From an uncultured Desulfospira sp. (GTDB lineage: Bacteria > Desulfobacterota > Desulfobacteria > Desulfobacterales > Desulfobacteraceae): DNA of 64,000 bases. The notes below the pieces were generated by a model. The model did not search any database, was not told the DNA's origin, and was given only the letters and a program-made list of their open reading frames with translations. The first letter of the stretch is position 1, and each line of letters begins with the position of its first letter. The stretch covers positions 5,536,001 through 5,600,000 of the forward strand of contig OY760175.1 in assembly GCA_963663165.1 (NCBI GenBank). The letters are read 5' to 3'. Both the position numbers and the translations under genes were made by a program. Positions 40,313-51,512 of this stretch are shown piece by piece.

Positions 40313-40756
40313 TCACTCCTCCCATGTAGGGTATTGTTGTGGTGCTGGACCAATACTTTCTATCAGCTGGGGATATTCAATTTCTTTATCTGGTGATTTT
40401 GGCTTTTTTCTTGATTTAGTAATTTTAAAAATCCAATCATCACCAAAATCAAAATGGTAAAATAACTTTAACCCTTTGGGCAAAGGATAGATCTCATTGA
40501 GTGTCATTTGATGATAATTATCAGTTGCTTTTTCGTAATCAAAATCCCAAGCATCTTCTGGAAATAAGGGTTTTCTGTTTCTGAAATGTCTTCCTGTAAA
40601 AAACTCAAATAGGTGATCATTTTCAAATTTGACTGATTTTTGGATAATCAAATGTAAATCATAAAGAGTTGATTCTTCGTCTATTTCAATCATGCGAACA
40701 CAGTCTTCCTCAAGATATCTTCCCCACTCACATTCAATTTTAAGTGTCCAAATCAT
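40313..40756 (-). CDS. pRiA4b ORF-3-like protein (cassette)
   Basis: TLYDLHLIIQ...DHLFEF...YHFDFGDDW...YP...G-AP-QY. Confidence 0.8.
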   Translation of the reverse strand: MIWTLKIECEWGRYLEEDCVRMIEIDEESTLYDLHLIIQKSVKFENDHLFEFFTGRHFRNRKPLFPEDAWDFDYEKATDNYHQMTLNEIYPLPKGLKLFYHFDFGDDWIFKITKSRKKPKSPDKEIEYPQLIESIGPAPQQYPTWEE

Positions 40757-40788
40757 CTTTTCTGCCTTTAAAGGTATTGTTAAATGGG

Positions 40789-41783
40789 ATCGGGTAGCCG
40801 GGGGTAGTTATCTACCCCAGGCCCCCTCAGAACCGTACGTGACAGTTTCCCGTCATACGGCTCAAGCATTTCTAAGGCTAAGCCTTGCGGGGCCGCCCGG
40901 TTGTTTTAGCAATAATGAAATTTACAGTTATTTCATAGCATATATCCTTGAGCATCTGCCCGGAAAGTATTTTTCTTTTTCCGGGTCAAAAGAGAACATC
41001 CTTTTGAAAGATGCCTCTGGCGTGTATGCTGTGTGCTACTTTAACAACCTTTGCGATACGCATCTACAGTCTTTTAACAGAATAAATCTGCAGATGGGCG
41101 CACCAGCTATTGCCGTCATTTGCTTTCCCATCTTCAAAGATTCTCCAGACTCTCTCGCAAAGAAACACCTGCCCGGGTGTGCCTGTAGCCACACCCGCCG
41201 GAGGTCAGCTCCCTTTCGGGCCGGATAATGTTGGGATGTTCTCCTCAATCCGTATCCACCTCATTACAAGATGGCCTTCGCTTTTTCCTGCATCTTACTC
41301 CCGCACCTCCATCAGTGTGCCTTACGGTTTCACCTGCCGAATACTCCCGGCGAAGATACGGGGTTTCCACGTTCCACACTATTGCCAATTAGTGGATGAC
41401 TTAGGCCTGCCCTCTGCACCGGCGGCGCAACATCTCCGTGCAGGCAGTTAGGAAACCGGCAGCCTGACCGCTCACCTTTTGGTCCAAGCTTACCAGCCTC
41501 TTTAGCTTGTTCTCCCTGACGGTACTTACGGAACATTCAATTAATTTGACCATATCATCCAAACCCTTGCCCTCACCCGGATTGAGGCTTCCAGGAGGGT
41601 ATCTGCCTCACAGCTTCCACCCCTTCCGCAGTTGCGGAATTCGGTACGTTGTCGGTTGGGCTTCACACCGTTGCCGGATGCACCGACAACCGCATGCCAC
41701 CTAGGGTACCGGCAGGAGAATGCCGGGTTTGGTCAGGACCGACTGGCCCGCCAAACAGCCAATAATGCGACTTCGTGTCGCAC
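40789..41783 (-). ncRNA. ORF-less group II intron (copy D, ~995 nt) with intact ends
   Basis: 5' GTGCG; D5 identical to copy C; different but pairing D6 ending CTACCCGAT; RT ORF deleted. Confidence 0.88.
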
Positions 41784-41912
41784 CTTAACGGGGAGCTGAG
41801 GGGCCAGGCTTTTAAAACCCTAAAAGCTCCGATAAAAGTTAAAATTTTATGAACCAGGGACGTCCGAAAGGCCGCGCAGTAAGCCTGGTCCCTCTCCAGC
41901 GTTTTGTTCTGC
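41784..41912 (-). repeat. attC site (type C)
   Basis: GCAGAAC...GTTAAG; same arms as the site at 40176. Confidence 0.88.
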
Positions 41913-41916
41913 AATA

Positions 41917-42147
41917 TCATTTACATTTCTTGTAAACAAACTCTGGATCTAAGTCAGCTCCTGACTCCCATTCAATGGTATCAAAAACTACCCGAACACG
42001 ATTGAATGCACTTTGATTTTTAAGGCTTTGAAAAATTCCAAAATCCAAAAGTGGCTTCATATCCAGAATTCCATGCTCTCCGTTATCAAAAATGATTGAA
42101 AGTATATAATTTTCTTTCGGAGTTACTTCTTTGACGGCCGGATACAT
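41917..42147 (-). CDS. DUF2442 protein (TA partner)
   Basis: YILSIIFDNGE...TIEWESGADLDPEFVY. Confidence 0.8.
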   Translation of the reverse strand: MYPAVKEVTPKENYILSIIFDNGEHGILDMKPLLDFGIFQSLKNQSAFNRVRVVFDTIEWESGADLDPEFVYKKCK

Positions 42148-42157
42148 ATTTTGCCTC

Positions 42158-42424
42158 CTATTGAAGAGGTTGGATGTTAAACGGCTTTTCACCATTCATA
42201 AGTAGTGTCCAATTAGCCATTAGTTCTTCTTGATGAAGTTCTGCCCACGCAATGACAAGCCTTGATTGCTTTTTGGGCAATTGACCTTGGGTTATTTCGC
42301 AAGTTTGAATATCGACTGTAGCCCTATGTTCCCCATAGTATACATGAAAATGCGGGGGTGGATGTTCACTTGGGGCATAATACATTCGTATGATGATGCC
42401 GTAGAACATTGAAATTGTGGGCAT
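42158..42424 (-). CDS. DUF4160 protein (TA partner)
   Basis: MPTISMFYGIIIRMY...EHPPPHFHV...WAELHQEELMANW. Confidence 0.85.
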   Translation of the reverse strand: MPTISMFYGIIIRMYYAPSEHPPPHFHVYYGEHRATVDIQTCEITQGQLPKKQSRLVIAWAELHQEELMANWTLLMNGEKPFNIQPLQ

Positions 42425-42542
42425 AAATTCTCCTCGGTAATCAGGGGTATTTCATGTTTTTGGCGCTTTCATTTTTTCAGCATAGCCATAATATATGTAT
42501 ATCATCATTGTACCCGTTTACCAATTCGGTTTTGTTTTGAAA

Positions 42543-42672
42543 GCAGAACGGGGAGCTGAGGGGCCAGGCTTTTAAACTACAAAAGCTCCCATAAAAGTTT
42601 AAATTTTCCTGAACCAGGGACACCCAAAAGGCCGCTCTGTAAGCCTGGTCCCTCTCCAGCGTTTTGTTGTGC
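42543..42672 (-). repeat. attC site (type C)
   Basis: GCACAAC...GTTCTGC. Confidence 0.88.
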
Positions 42673-43748
42673 AATATTTTTTGCTACTATTTTGGAAATA
42701 ATGCTTAGGGCCTCAGAAAAATTAATATCCACAATTCCATAGTCTGAATTCTGATTTCTATAGACAACATGGAATCGATAGTTTATGGTCAACATGGAAG
42801 ATTACATAAAAATACAGGAGGACCATGTTTGATCATTCTAAGCACAATTTACCCAAAACTATATCGGAATTAACGCCACCACTAAAGGATTTTCTGAATA
42901 CCACTCGAAGCAAATTAAAAGGCCATGAACGGCGCCAATTCATGGCACGCGTTGTCTCCCTTATGGGGCACGGCGGACAACTAAAGGCTGAAAGAGAACT
43001 GGGTTGGGATCGGAAAACAATAATCAAAGGGCGACGGGAAATAGAAAGCGGAGTTACCTGTGTTGATAATTTTTCCGGACGAGGCCGGAAATCGTGTTTA
43101 GAACATTTTCCGAATTTAAAAGAGGACATAACTCGTATTGTAAACCCTATATGTCAGACTGATCCTACATTCCGTACCCAGAATTTATATTCCCCAATAT
43201 CTGCGAATGAAGTATTCCGTCGATTAGTTGACGACATGGGATATGACCCTGAGAATATGCCAACAGTACGGACTCTATCCACCATAATGAATAAATTGGG
43301 TTTTAAACTGAAGAAGGTCGCCAAAGCCAAGGTAAAAAAAAATTCCTGAAACAGACATCATTTTTGAATATGTGCATAGGACAAACCAACTAGCCGATGA
43401 AACAGATGGCGTTTTACGTATCTCAATGGATGTTATCGCCGGTGATCAAGGTCACCACCTTTGCCGGCAACGAACCGTCCCCACCTGTGATATATTGACT
43501 TGTCAGGGCTTTTCGCAGGTGTAATATTTGAGGGAAGATACCATTCTCATTTGTATCGATAATTTGCAACACAATCAGCTAAAACAAGATATATTAATGG
43601 AATAGCGCCATAGCAATCAATTTGGTTGCAGTAAAGCACCTGCGGTTGGAAGAACACGCTCACCAACAGGCGTCAATCCCGATTTTGGAAGTAAAAAAGC
43701 CGGGTTTTATACGAGGACGTATAAAACCCGGCAGATGTGAAGAGATGG

Positions 43749-44537
43749 TTATTGGGGTATGGACTGGGGATTAGTAGTGTTCGTTGTGTTGGGACCTTCC
43801 GTTCGATAACTGAGTCCGTCCCGGATATTAATGATGTGAACATTGTGCATCAATCGATCGATAATGGCATGAGTTACAACCGGATCTCCCAGAGTCGTCC
43901 CCCAATCCTCAAGACTGATTGAAGATGTGGCAATAAAGGCGGTATCGTCCTGGCAGACGCTGATCAAATCCAGCAGCAGGCTGGGATATTCCGGCTTTGT
44001 GCGGATACCGCCCACATTATCTATGATCAGAAGATCAAAACGGCTTAAGCCGGCGACCACCTCATCGGTGGATTCGTCAGCCAATGACGTATACAGCATG
44101 GCCAGAAGTTTTTGCAGGGAAAAAAATCGAACCTTATAACCCGCACGGCAGGCCTGGTCGCCAAGGGCTGAGGCAATATGAGTTTTGCCCGTGCCGGTTT
44201 TCCCAAAAATAAGCAGCGGCTGCTTTCGATCCACAAAGGATAGCTCCATCAGATCTTTGAGGTGCTCTACATTCAGGCTTGGCTGGAAGTTAAAATCAAA
44301 GTTATCAAAGGTCATGTTTCTGGGGAAATCCGCTGTTTTTAGCCGCTTTTCAAGGGATCGGTGCTTTCTTGCCTTCATCTGTACGTCCACGATGTCGGCC
44401 AGGAACGCCAAATGACCGGATTGATTTTTCTGCGCCTTGGCAAGGGCCTGCTCCAGATATTGGGCCATATCCTTGAGATAAAGCTTGCGCAGTTTCTTTT
44501 TAACCTGGTCGCTTAAGTTTTCATTCATCCTTGCCAT
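43749..44537 (-). CDS. istB: IstB ATPase
   Basis: Protein identical to 17091..17879. Confidence 0.9.
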   Translation of the reverse strand: MARMNENLSDQVKKKLRKLYLKDMAQYLEQALAKAQKNQSGHLAFLADIVDVQMKARKHRSLEKRLKTADFPRNMTFDNFDFNFQPSLNVEHLKDLMELSFVDRKQPLLIFGKTGTGKTHIASALGDQACRAGYKVRFFSLQKLLAMLYTSLADESTDEVVAGLSRFDLLIIDNVGGIRTKPEYPSLLLDLISVCQDDTAFIATSSISLEDWGTTLGDPVVTHAIIDRLMHNVHIINIRDGLSYRTEGPNTTNTTNPQSIPQ

Positions 44538-46023
44538 CCATTGTTTTTCTGTTAATCAGGTGGTCATACCTTTGTGGGTTATCCTGCTCCACTGAACAGG
44601 ATTTCAAATAGCTCCGGGTGTTGTTGGGCAGACCTTTTCCGGCTTTTGTTTTGTTTGAAGCTTTAATGTTTTTCCCCTGGATGATACGCAGGACGGCATC
44701 AGCACTAAATGAGTCAAACCGCGTGGCATGAGCTAATGCCCCTGAGACCACATCCGCACCATAGCGGTCGGCATATTTGAGGATACGGCCCATATGGTAC
44801 CCGGCAGCGCTTTTCCGGGTTTCTTTCAATCCGTTATAATAGACCTGCGCCACCTCACCCAATCTCAAAAAGGCATCTTTGAGCAATTGACTCTGGCCTG
44901 TCATCTTCCTGTACAGGGCTTCATGTTCAGGCAACACCTGCCTGTCTTCTTGAGTGTAAACATGCCGGCAATCCATCGTTTCATCACACCATATTTCAAT
45001 GTGATCACGGAACAAACGGACCTGGACATAACGGCCTATCAGTTCAGGATTGGCAGAGTATCGTTTTTTGTCGATGGTGACACAAAAATCAACGTTAACA
45101 AGTCGACGTACTTCCTTAAAAAATTGATCCGTTTTATTCCATGGCACAGGCTTTAACAGACTTTTTTCCCTTGCCAGGCGATCCACAGGCCTTTCCCGGG
45201 TGGTACCGTGGATACGGACATTGGCTGTGTTCGCCCGCCAGGCATCGGCCTTGTTATTGAGATCCTCAAGATCAATAAATTCTTTGCCTCTAAGGAAATT
45301 GTCTTCAATATACCGGAACGGCCGCTCTACCTTGCCGTGTCGTTCCTTTTTGCCGGGTAGAAGGATGACGATCTCAAAGTCATACTCCTGGGCAAACCGT
45401 TTAAATACCGGATTGATCCAAACGGTTCCGGGGCCCGTGTGCCTGCCCACCGTGGTCATATTGTCATAGGTGATTTTGTGGGGAACCGCCCCGATCTCGT
45501 CAAACGCCTCTTCATGCAACCGGATCACTGATTCTATAGTTTCATCAAAAAAGTGACGTATAAATATCCAACGACTGAAGCACAATACAAAAGATCCGGT
45601 ATGCACCACCACGCGTTGTCCACCCATGTACACACTATGAGGACTCCAGTCCATCTGCCCCTCATCTCCAGGGGCATGATCAATTGGAGGCCTGGGCACC
45701 TTCAAGCCTTTGGGCCGGATTATTCTGATATACTCCTTGAGGATGGAGTATCCGCCCGTGTACCCCAACAACGTGATCTCTTCCAACACCCGAACCCCGC
45801 TGAGATGTTTTTCTTTTACAAGGTAACCGATTTTGGCCTTGTAAGGATCAAGTTTGCTTTTGCGGGGACTGGTTTGAGGCGCATTAATAACATTGTTGCA
45901 GCCCAATGCCCTGCGCACTGCCTTGCGGCTGTGCCCGGTCTGTTTTGCTGTCTGACGGATGGATGCTGTGCGCCCAAAGACTTTACGAATACGTTCCTGT
46001 TCCTTTTCACTCAACCGGCTCAT
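44521..46023 (-). CDS. istA: IstA transposase
   Basis: Protein identical to 17863..19365. Confidence 0.9.
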   Translation of the reverse strand: MSRLSEKEQERIRKVFGRTASIRQTAKQTGHSRKAVRRALGCNNVINAPQTSPRKSKLDPYKAKIGYLVKEKHLSGVRVLEEITLLGYTGGYSILKEYIRIIRPKGLKVPRPPIDHAPGDEGQMDWSPHSVYMGGQRVVVHTGSFVLCFSRWIFIRHFFDETIESVIRLHEEAFDEIGAVPHKITYDNMTTVGRHTGPGTVWINPVFKRFAQEYDFEIVILLPGKKERHGKVERPFRYIEDNFLRGKEFIDLEDLNNKADAWRANTANVRIHGTTRERPVDRLAREKSLLKPVPWNKTDQFFKEVRRLVNVDFCVTIDKKRYSANPELIGRYVQVRLFRDHIEIWCDETMDCRHVYTQEDRQVLPEHEALYRKMTGQSQLLKDAFLRLGEVAQVYYNGLKETRKSAAGYHMGRILKYADRYGADVVSGALAHATRFDSFSADAVLRIIQGKNIKASNKTKAGKGLPNNTRSYLKSCSVEQDNPQRYDHLINRKTMDGKDE

Positions 46024-46843
46024 GGTGCCCTCCTATCAACTCATTGAGCCGTTTCATCCGGGCACCGGCCCGCCCTATAAAGTCTTTAAGGGCGCAGACC
46101 TTGGAACCATTGATCGTGCCGCTGCCAATGCAGTTGTTCAGCTTGGACATTTTTGAAAGAATGGCATCAATAATCAAATAATAATTTTCCTTGTCCCGGC
46201 TTACGGACTCCAGCGCTTGCCTGGGAGATTCAAGCAGGTGGCGCCTGGCTCCGGGATCACTGGTCTTGCACCACAGGTCCACCAGACGGTTCACCTCCCG
46301 GGTTTTAAGGTTGTGTTTTTGAATACAAAGAGAAAAATCGGCCTGGGTTGCAGGCTGCAACCGCGCCAGTGACGGACCGACCCCGGCAGGGAGCAGCCCA
46401 AGTTTGATATCGTGGACAATTTCCGGGGTCAGGCTGCGGATCATGGAAAGCCGTCGGCAAACCCAGCTTTTATGCCGCTCAAGGAGTATCGCCGCTTCAA
46501 CCTGATTGAGCCCTTCTATTTCTACAAGTTCCCAGACCACCAGGGCCTCCATGATCGTGGAAAACCCATCCGGGCGGTTCAGAAGGTAGAGCAATGCCTT
46601 GGCTTCTGCAGCACTTTTTTTCAACACAGCCACTTTAAGCGTCTTCATGCCAAGAAGGCCTGCACAGCGATGCCGCTTGAAACCGTCTATTAAAATATGG
46701 CAACCTCCTTGCTCAACCGCAACAACAGCCGTTAATTGGCCATGCTTGACTAATGAAGCCGCCATCTTTTCCTGGGCACCGGCGTGGACCGGCCGCAGGA
46801 ATCCCAGACGTAAATCCAATTGGTCCGGACGCAGGTTAATCAT
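46007..46843 (-). CDS. ParB-like + HTH protein
   Basis: Protein identical to 19349..20185. Confidence 0.75.
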   Translation of the reverse strand: MINLRPDQLDLRLGFLRPVHAGAQEKMAASLVKHGQLTAVVAVEQGGCHILIDGFKRHRCAGLLGMKTLKVAVLKKSAAEAKALLYLLNRPDGFSTIMEALVVWELVEIEGLNQVEAAILLERHKSWVCRRLSMIRSLTPEIVHDIKLGLLPAGVGPSLARLQPATQADFSLCIQKHNLKTREVNRLVDLWCKTSDPGARRHLLESPRQALESVSRDKENYYLIIDAILSKMSKLNNCIGSGTINGSKVCALKDFIGRAGARMKRLNELIGGHHEPVE

Positions 46844-47258
46844 TTGGACCTCCGGCTATATTGAGGCTTTTTTGAAAAATCTCCCCGATTGAGATAAGGC
46901 CACTGCCGCCGGTGGGTTGCTTAGGCGCCTTGGACGTCGGTGCTGCAACATTTTTTTTGGGAAGGGAAAGCACTTGAAACAGTCGGCCGTCAAAGGCTAT
47001 GAGATCTTTATCAATGAGCCCGTTCCTGGCCTGGATATATTCGTCCAGGCGGATGGCCGTCAATGAACAGATTTTATCATAGCCGTAATAAGACATTCCC
47101 TGACGATCTGCCACCATCACCAGAAAAAGGTACAGCACAAGCTCCTGGTGGTTCAGGCTGCCCCAATACCCCTGGCGGATAAACCGGTGGCTTATCCATG
47201 CGAAACTGCCGTTAATTTTTCTAATTCGATGGTCCTTCAACGGTTCCTTGGTAATCAT
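46836..47258 (-). CDS. wHTH-like hypothetical protein
   Basis: Protein identical to 20178..20600. Confidence 0.7.
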   Translation of the reverse strand: MITKEPLKDHRIRKINGSFAWISHRFIRQGYWGSLNHQELVLYLFLVMVADRQGMSYYGYDKICSLTAIRLDEYIQARNGLIDKDLIAFDGRLFQVLSLPKKNVAAPTSKAPKQPTGGSGLISIGEIFQKSLNIAGGPND

Positions 47259-47691
47259 TTTTACCCTCCTTGGAAATATAATGATGAAAATTGTCGCCTG
47301 AATACCGTCTGCCATATCCCCGCCGGGGGAATTGATCTACAATCAGACCTTTTCTTCCGCAAAAACAGCAGCATGGATGGGAAGACGGAGGCGTTACCCG
47401 AAGACTATCATTGGATTTGGAGGGTGTTGAAGTGTCATCATCCACGGTTTTTTGAGAATTTCTTAATCTCCGCTCTTTTTCCTGCCGACGATGGGCTAAC
47501 TTACCTTTTTCAGTTTGTCGATATTTCTTCTGGGCGTTACGGTGAGCTTCTCTTTGAGCAGTTTCCCGACAGGATTCACAGCAATAAATCTGTCCACGCC
47601 AGCAACTGTGGCAGATATAAAAAATGCTGCCGCATCGTTTACACTGGATTTCTTTTAATAAAACGATCTCCACATTTTCCGTTCTTGCCAT
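47221..47691 (-). CDS. Cys-rich Zn-finger protein
   Basis: Protein identical to 20563..21033. Confidence 0.7.
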   Translation of the reverse strand: MARTENVEIVLLKEIQCKRCGSIFYICHSCWRGQIYCCESCRETAQREAHRNAQKKYRQTEKGKLAHRRQEKERRLRNSQKTVDDDTSTPSKSNDSLRVTPPSSHPCCCFCGRKGLIVDQFPRRGYGRRYSGDNFHHYISKEGKNDYQGTVEGPSN

Positions 47692-49439
47692 AAAACGGAA
47701 GCCGTGATTATATGAAGATGTTGGGTAGCTTCCGTATTTTATATGGATGTCTGCTTTTTGAAGGCTCGAAGCGGCCTACTTCGAGCCTTCCTTATTTTTC
47801 AAATCCATCCAAGAAACAAAACCAAATTCAAAGAAAAAAAGGAAGAAAATATATTTTTAAAATATGGGATGAAGAAGAGACAAAGTAAAAAGGATGGAGG
47901 CTTTGTTACCGGCTAAAGGGGTGGCCTGCTTCATCGCCATAGGTGGGGACGGTTACGACCGGCGGTAACACAATGGACGCAAAAGCCACTATTAAAATAG
48001 GGCCTTATTCCCGAGGCGGATATAGTCGTTGCAATCTTAAAGCGGCGGACCATGATTTTAAACCCGATTCCCTTTTGAAACTTTTCGGTATCAACATACC
48101 TGCTCTGGATGAAAATTATATGTACTTCACTGAAAGCAACATCACCTCTGATTTCATGATTGATGCGCTGGAATCACTCTGGCCTTCTTTGAACGCAAGA
48201 TTCGCCCCACATACACTGGTGATCAATCTTGATAATGGGCCGGAAAATAGTAGCCGAAGGAGCCAATTCATTAGTCGCCTCGTGGACTTTGCCAAATCAG
48301 CATTTGTAAATATTAGTTTGGTGTACTATCCCCCGTACCACAGTAAATACAACCCAATAGAGCGAGTTTGGGGTGTTTTGGAAAATCATTGGAAAGGCGA
48401 ATTGCTGAACAAAATTGAAAAGGTTCTCGGTCTATGTCGAACAATGACATGGAAAGGAGAAAATCCTGTCGTCAAATTAATCAAAGGTGTTTACCCGACA
48501 GGGGTACGTTTGGTCAAGTCCGCCGTGAATAATATAGAAAACAAAATTATTCGGATTCCAGGGATTGAAAAATGGGCTGTTGATATTCCATGCTATGAGG
48601 AATGAATTGTGGGTTTTAATTTTACCACATCCCTTAAAATATAATTAGTTCTTACTAATATTCTTAATTTCCAAAATTTACGGCAAACTCTTTCAAGTCT
48701 TTTCCATCAACTACACCATCTAAATCCAAGTCTCCTTTTTTCCCAATAGCACCTACAACCAACTCATCTGTACCAGCTTTCCCATCATTATCTTTTACTG
48801 TTAAAAGTACATCATAGAACCCTGGAGCCAAATCACTTACAGTTGGAGATATGTCTGTAGCTATTCTGTCATAGGACGAATCAGCTCTGTGTTTCAATTC
48901 CCATTCGTAAGAAACAATCACTCCGTCTTCATCCTGTGACAAAGATGCATCAAGAAAGACTTCATCGAAAACAATCTGATCATCTCCTGCATTTGCTAAA
49001 GGAGGATTTGTATCTGCGGATTCAAATTCGATTTCATGAATAATCATACCATCGTAAGAAGTTGAATAATTGTAGTGAGTTCCACCAGTTATGATGATTG
49101 TAATTTTATCTGTTATTCCTTCATCAAGTTCCATTCTAATCCAGGGAGGTTGCGGCGTTGTAAACCCCCATGTTACCGTTTTGGAATTTAAAGAAAGAGA
49201 ATGAGTGGCTCTGTATCCTTCAAAACCCGGATAATATACTCCGCCAAAAGCCTCATAGACACCTGTATCAGAATCATAATAGTAATCATCGACCTCGAAG
49301 TAACCATTATAGTGCACATTGGTACTTATCAGGTTGCCGGCTAAATATTTTTCTATCTTAATTTCAATAGCAGTATAATTGTCATTGCCTAACCTGGATG
49401 ATAGAACATTAGCAGAAACAATATCCTGAGGTGAATTAA

Positions 49440-50978
49440 CCCTACAACGTGACTTATATTTAATATTATTGTTTTAGGTAACATAATCTGCTACACTCCG
49501 CAATATAACTTTTATATAGGAGGTAGAGTATGTTGCCTGAAATCCGAAAAGATGAGTACCTTTATCCTATCCCCAAATTTGATATCTGTGAAGGGGATGT
49601 AAAAAATTTTTTCAATGAACTTAAAGGGTTTCATGAAATTTTCCACGACTGTTTTCATCGTTCTGAGTCAAGGGAACATTTTTTCAGGTATATGGCTGGG
49701 CAATTTAGTGACCTGGAAAGAAAATCAATTGAACCCATTGCTCTGGCCGTTGAAGATGGCAATGTTAGGGCAATGCAGCGTTTTATTAGCGATGCTGAAT
49801 GGAATGACGCCAATATTATGGCCAAGTATCGTAATCTCATAAATGAAGATATGGGGACACCTGATGGCGTTCTTATTTTTGATGAAAGCGGTTTTGTTAA
49901 AAAAGGCAATGAATCCATCGGTGTTGCCAGACAATATTGCGGGAATGTCGGCAAGGTTGAAAACAGCCAAGTGGGTGTTTTTGCAGCCTATGCTTCCCCA
50001 AAGGGCTACGGATTGATTGATAAACGACTGTTTATACCTGAACTATGGTTTAAAGACGATCACAAACAGGGAAGAAAAAAGTGCAAACTGCCTGAGTCTG
50101 TTTCGTTTAAGACAAAACCGCAATTGGCTTCCGAAATGTTGAACGAACTCGCAGAAGAAGCCATCGTGCCGTTTAAGTATGTTACCGCGGATTCATTGTA
50201 TGGCAACAGTGATGATTTTATTGAAGCTGTTGAGCAACATCCGGATTTGACCTATTTTGTAGAAGTTCCTTGTAATACTCAATGCTGGTTTAACAGACCT
50301 ATTACCGTTGAAAAAACTTACAAATACAAAGGAGAGCAGCGTACAAAAATAGTTGTTGAAAAATCCTCCAAAAAGCCGGTCGATGTCAAAACTATCGCAA
50401 AAAATATAAATGATTTTTTCTGGTACCGCCGGAAAGTATCTGAAGGTACCAAAGGACCTATTGAATATGAATTTACCAAAAGACGAGTGGTACTTTCCAA
50501 AGGAAACACGCCTACAAAATCGGTGTGGCTGATCATGAGGCGAACCCTTGGGAAATCCCCGGATTATAAATTTTTCCTTAGCAATGCCGGGGTTAGTGCC
50601 AGATTAAAGCTTTTTGTATGGCTTAGTGGTATTCGTTGGGCAATTGAACAGTGTTTTGAGGAAACCAAGACTGAACTCGGCATGGATCATTATGAGGTCC
50701 GTAAATACCCAGGCTGGAATCATCATATAATAACGTGCATGCTTGCACATTTTTTCTTGTGGCACCTGAAAATCAGGATGGGAAAAAAAAGCTCCATCCA
50801 TTACAGTGTCGCAGCTTAGAATACTAATGGAGGTGGTTTTGCCATTGAGACCTTGTCGTTTTCATACCGTTATGCAATCGGTTTTGTATTACCAAAGGCG
50901 CAATCACGCTGCATATCTATCGCATCGAAAAAGGAGGCTTCTTGATAGAAAGAATACGCACTAAGTTACGTTGTAGGG
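49440..50978 (+). mobile_element. IS701-family IS, copy 2
   Basis: Same TIRs as copy 1; 4-bp TSD TTAA. Confidence 0.92.
49530..50819 (+). CDS. IS701-family transposase
   Basis: Protein identical to 31092..32381. Confidence 0.92.
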   Translation: MLPEIRKDEYLYPIPKFDICEGDVKNFFNELKGFHEIFHDCFHRSESREHFFRYMAGQFSDLERKSIEPIALAVEDGNVRAMQRFISDAEWNDANIMAKYRNLINEDMGTPDGVLIFDESGFVKKGNESIGVARQYCGNVGKVENSQVGVFAAYASPKGYGLIDKRLFIPELWFKDDHKQGRKKCKLPESVSFKTKPQLASEMLNELAEEAIVPFKYVTADSLYGNSDDFIEAVEQHPDLTYFVEVPCNTQCWFNRPITVEKTYKYKGEQRTKIVVEKSSKKPVDVKTIAKNINDFFWYRRKVSEGTKGPIEYEFTKRRVVLSKGNTPTKSVWLIMRRTLGKSPDYKFFLSNAGVSARLKLFVWLSGIRWAIEQCFEETKTELGMDHYEVRKYPGWNHHIITCMLAHFFLWHLKIRMGKKSSIHYSVAA

Positions 50979-51385
50979 TTAAATTCAATAACGATGCTTT
51001 GTTCTTTTGAATCAGTCGCAATCCCATTATAATTTATTTCTCCACCTCCGGAACTGAACTCATAACCATCTTTCATGAGGCCATCGACAGTATCCAAATG
51101 AACAGTATTGTTCAATTCATCTGAGTAGGAGTATCCATGATTATAATCAGTTTCTGCCCAGTTAAAATCACCATTTAACTCAGTTAGAGCCCACAAATCC
51201 GTGGAAACTATCTCTGCTCTAACTGTTAGGCTGGATACAAGCAAAAATAACAATCCGATAAAAGCGTTCTTACAAAATCTAAACATAGCTCCTGTTCTCC
51301 TTTCCCTTTAAACTATAACATAAGCAGAATTTTGTAATTTGCCTGGTGGTCTGCTTTATTAGAGATTATTCATCCCCGTTTTAAA

Positions 51386-51512
51386 GCACAACGACAAGCT
51401 CAGCCGACCGGGGCAAATTGCCGAGCGCGTTGTAAAAGCCAAATCCTTTCAAAAATCAAGGTCTTTCAAAAGTCGCTAGGCCCCCCGGGTCGGCTGGAGC
51501 GGCTTGTTAGGT
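51386..51512 (-). repeat. attC site (type A)
   Basis: ACCTAAC-AAGCC-GCTCCAGCCGACC...GGTCGGCTGAGC-TTGTC-GTTGTGC. Confidence 0.88.

Larger units (their letters stand above)
43431..47970 (-). mobile_element. Five-gene IS21-like element, copy 2
   Basis: Same TIRs and proteins as 16773..21312; 7-bp TSD CAATGGA. Confidence 0.92.
42708..48633 (+). mobile_element. ISAzo13-family IS, copy 2, interrupted by the IS21-like element
   Basis: 3-bp TSD TTA; orfA 42825..43349; orfB split at 43431/47970. Confidence 0.88.
48664..51286 (-). pseudogene. Secreted PKD/Ig-like + dockerin-like cassette protein, split by IS701
   Basis: Signal peptide at 51286; PPLANAGDDQ...LDASLS-D-DG-IVSYEW...LTVKDNDG; GDLDLDGVVDGKDL. 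Confidence 0.75.

Noticed and set aside
47943..48605. 220-aa ORF as an intact gene (and 21285..21596 with the same MGTVTTGGN start)
   Set aside because: The N-terminus comes from the IS21-like TIR fused to interrupted genes
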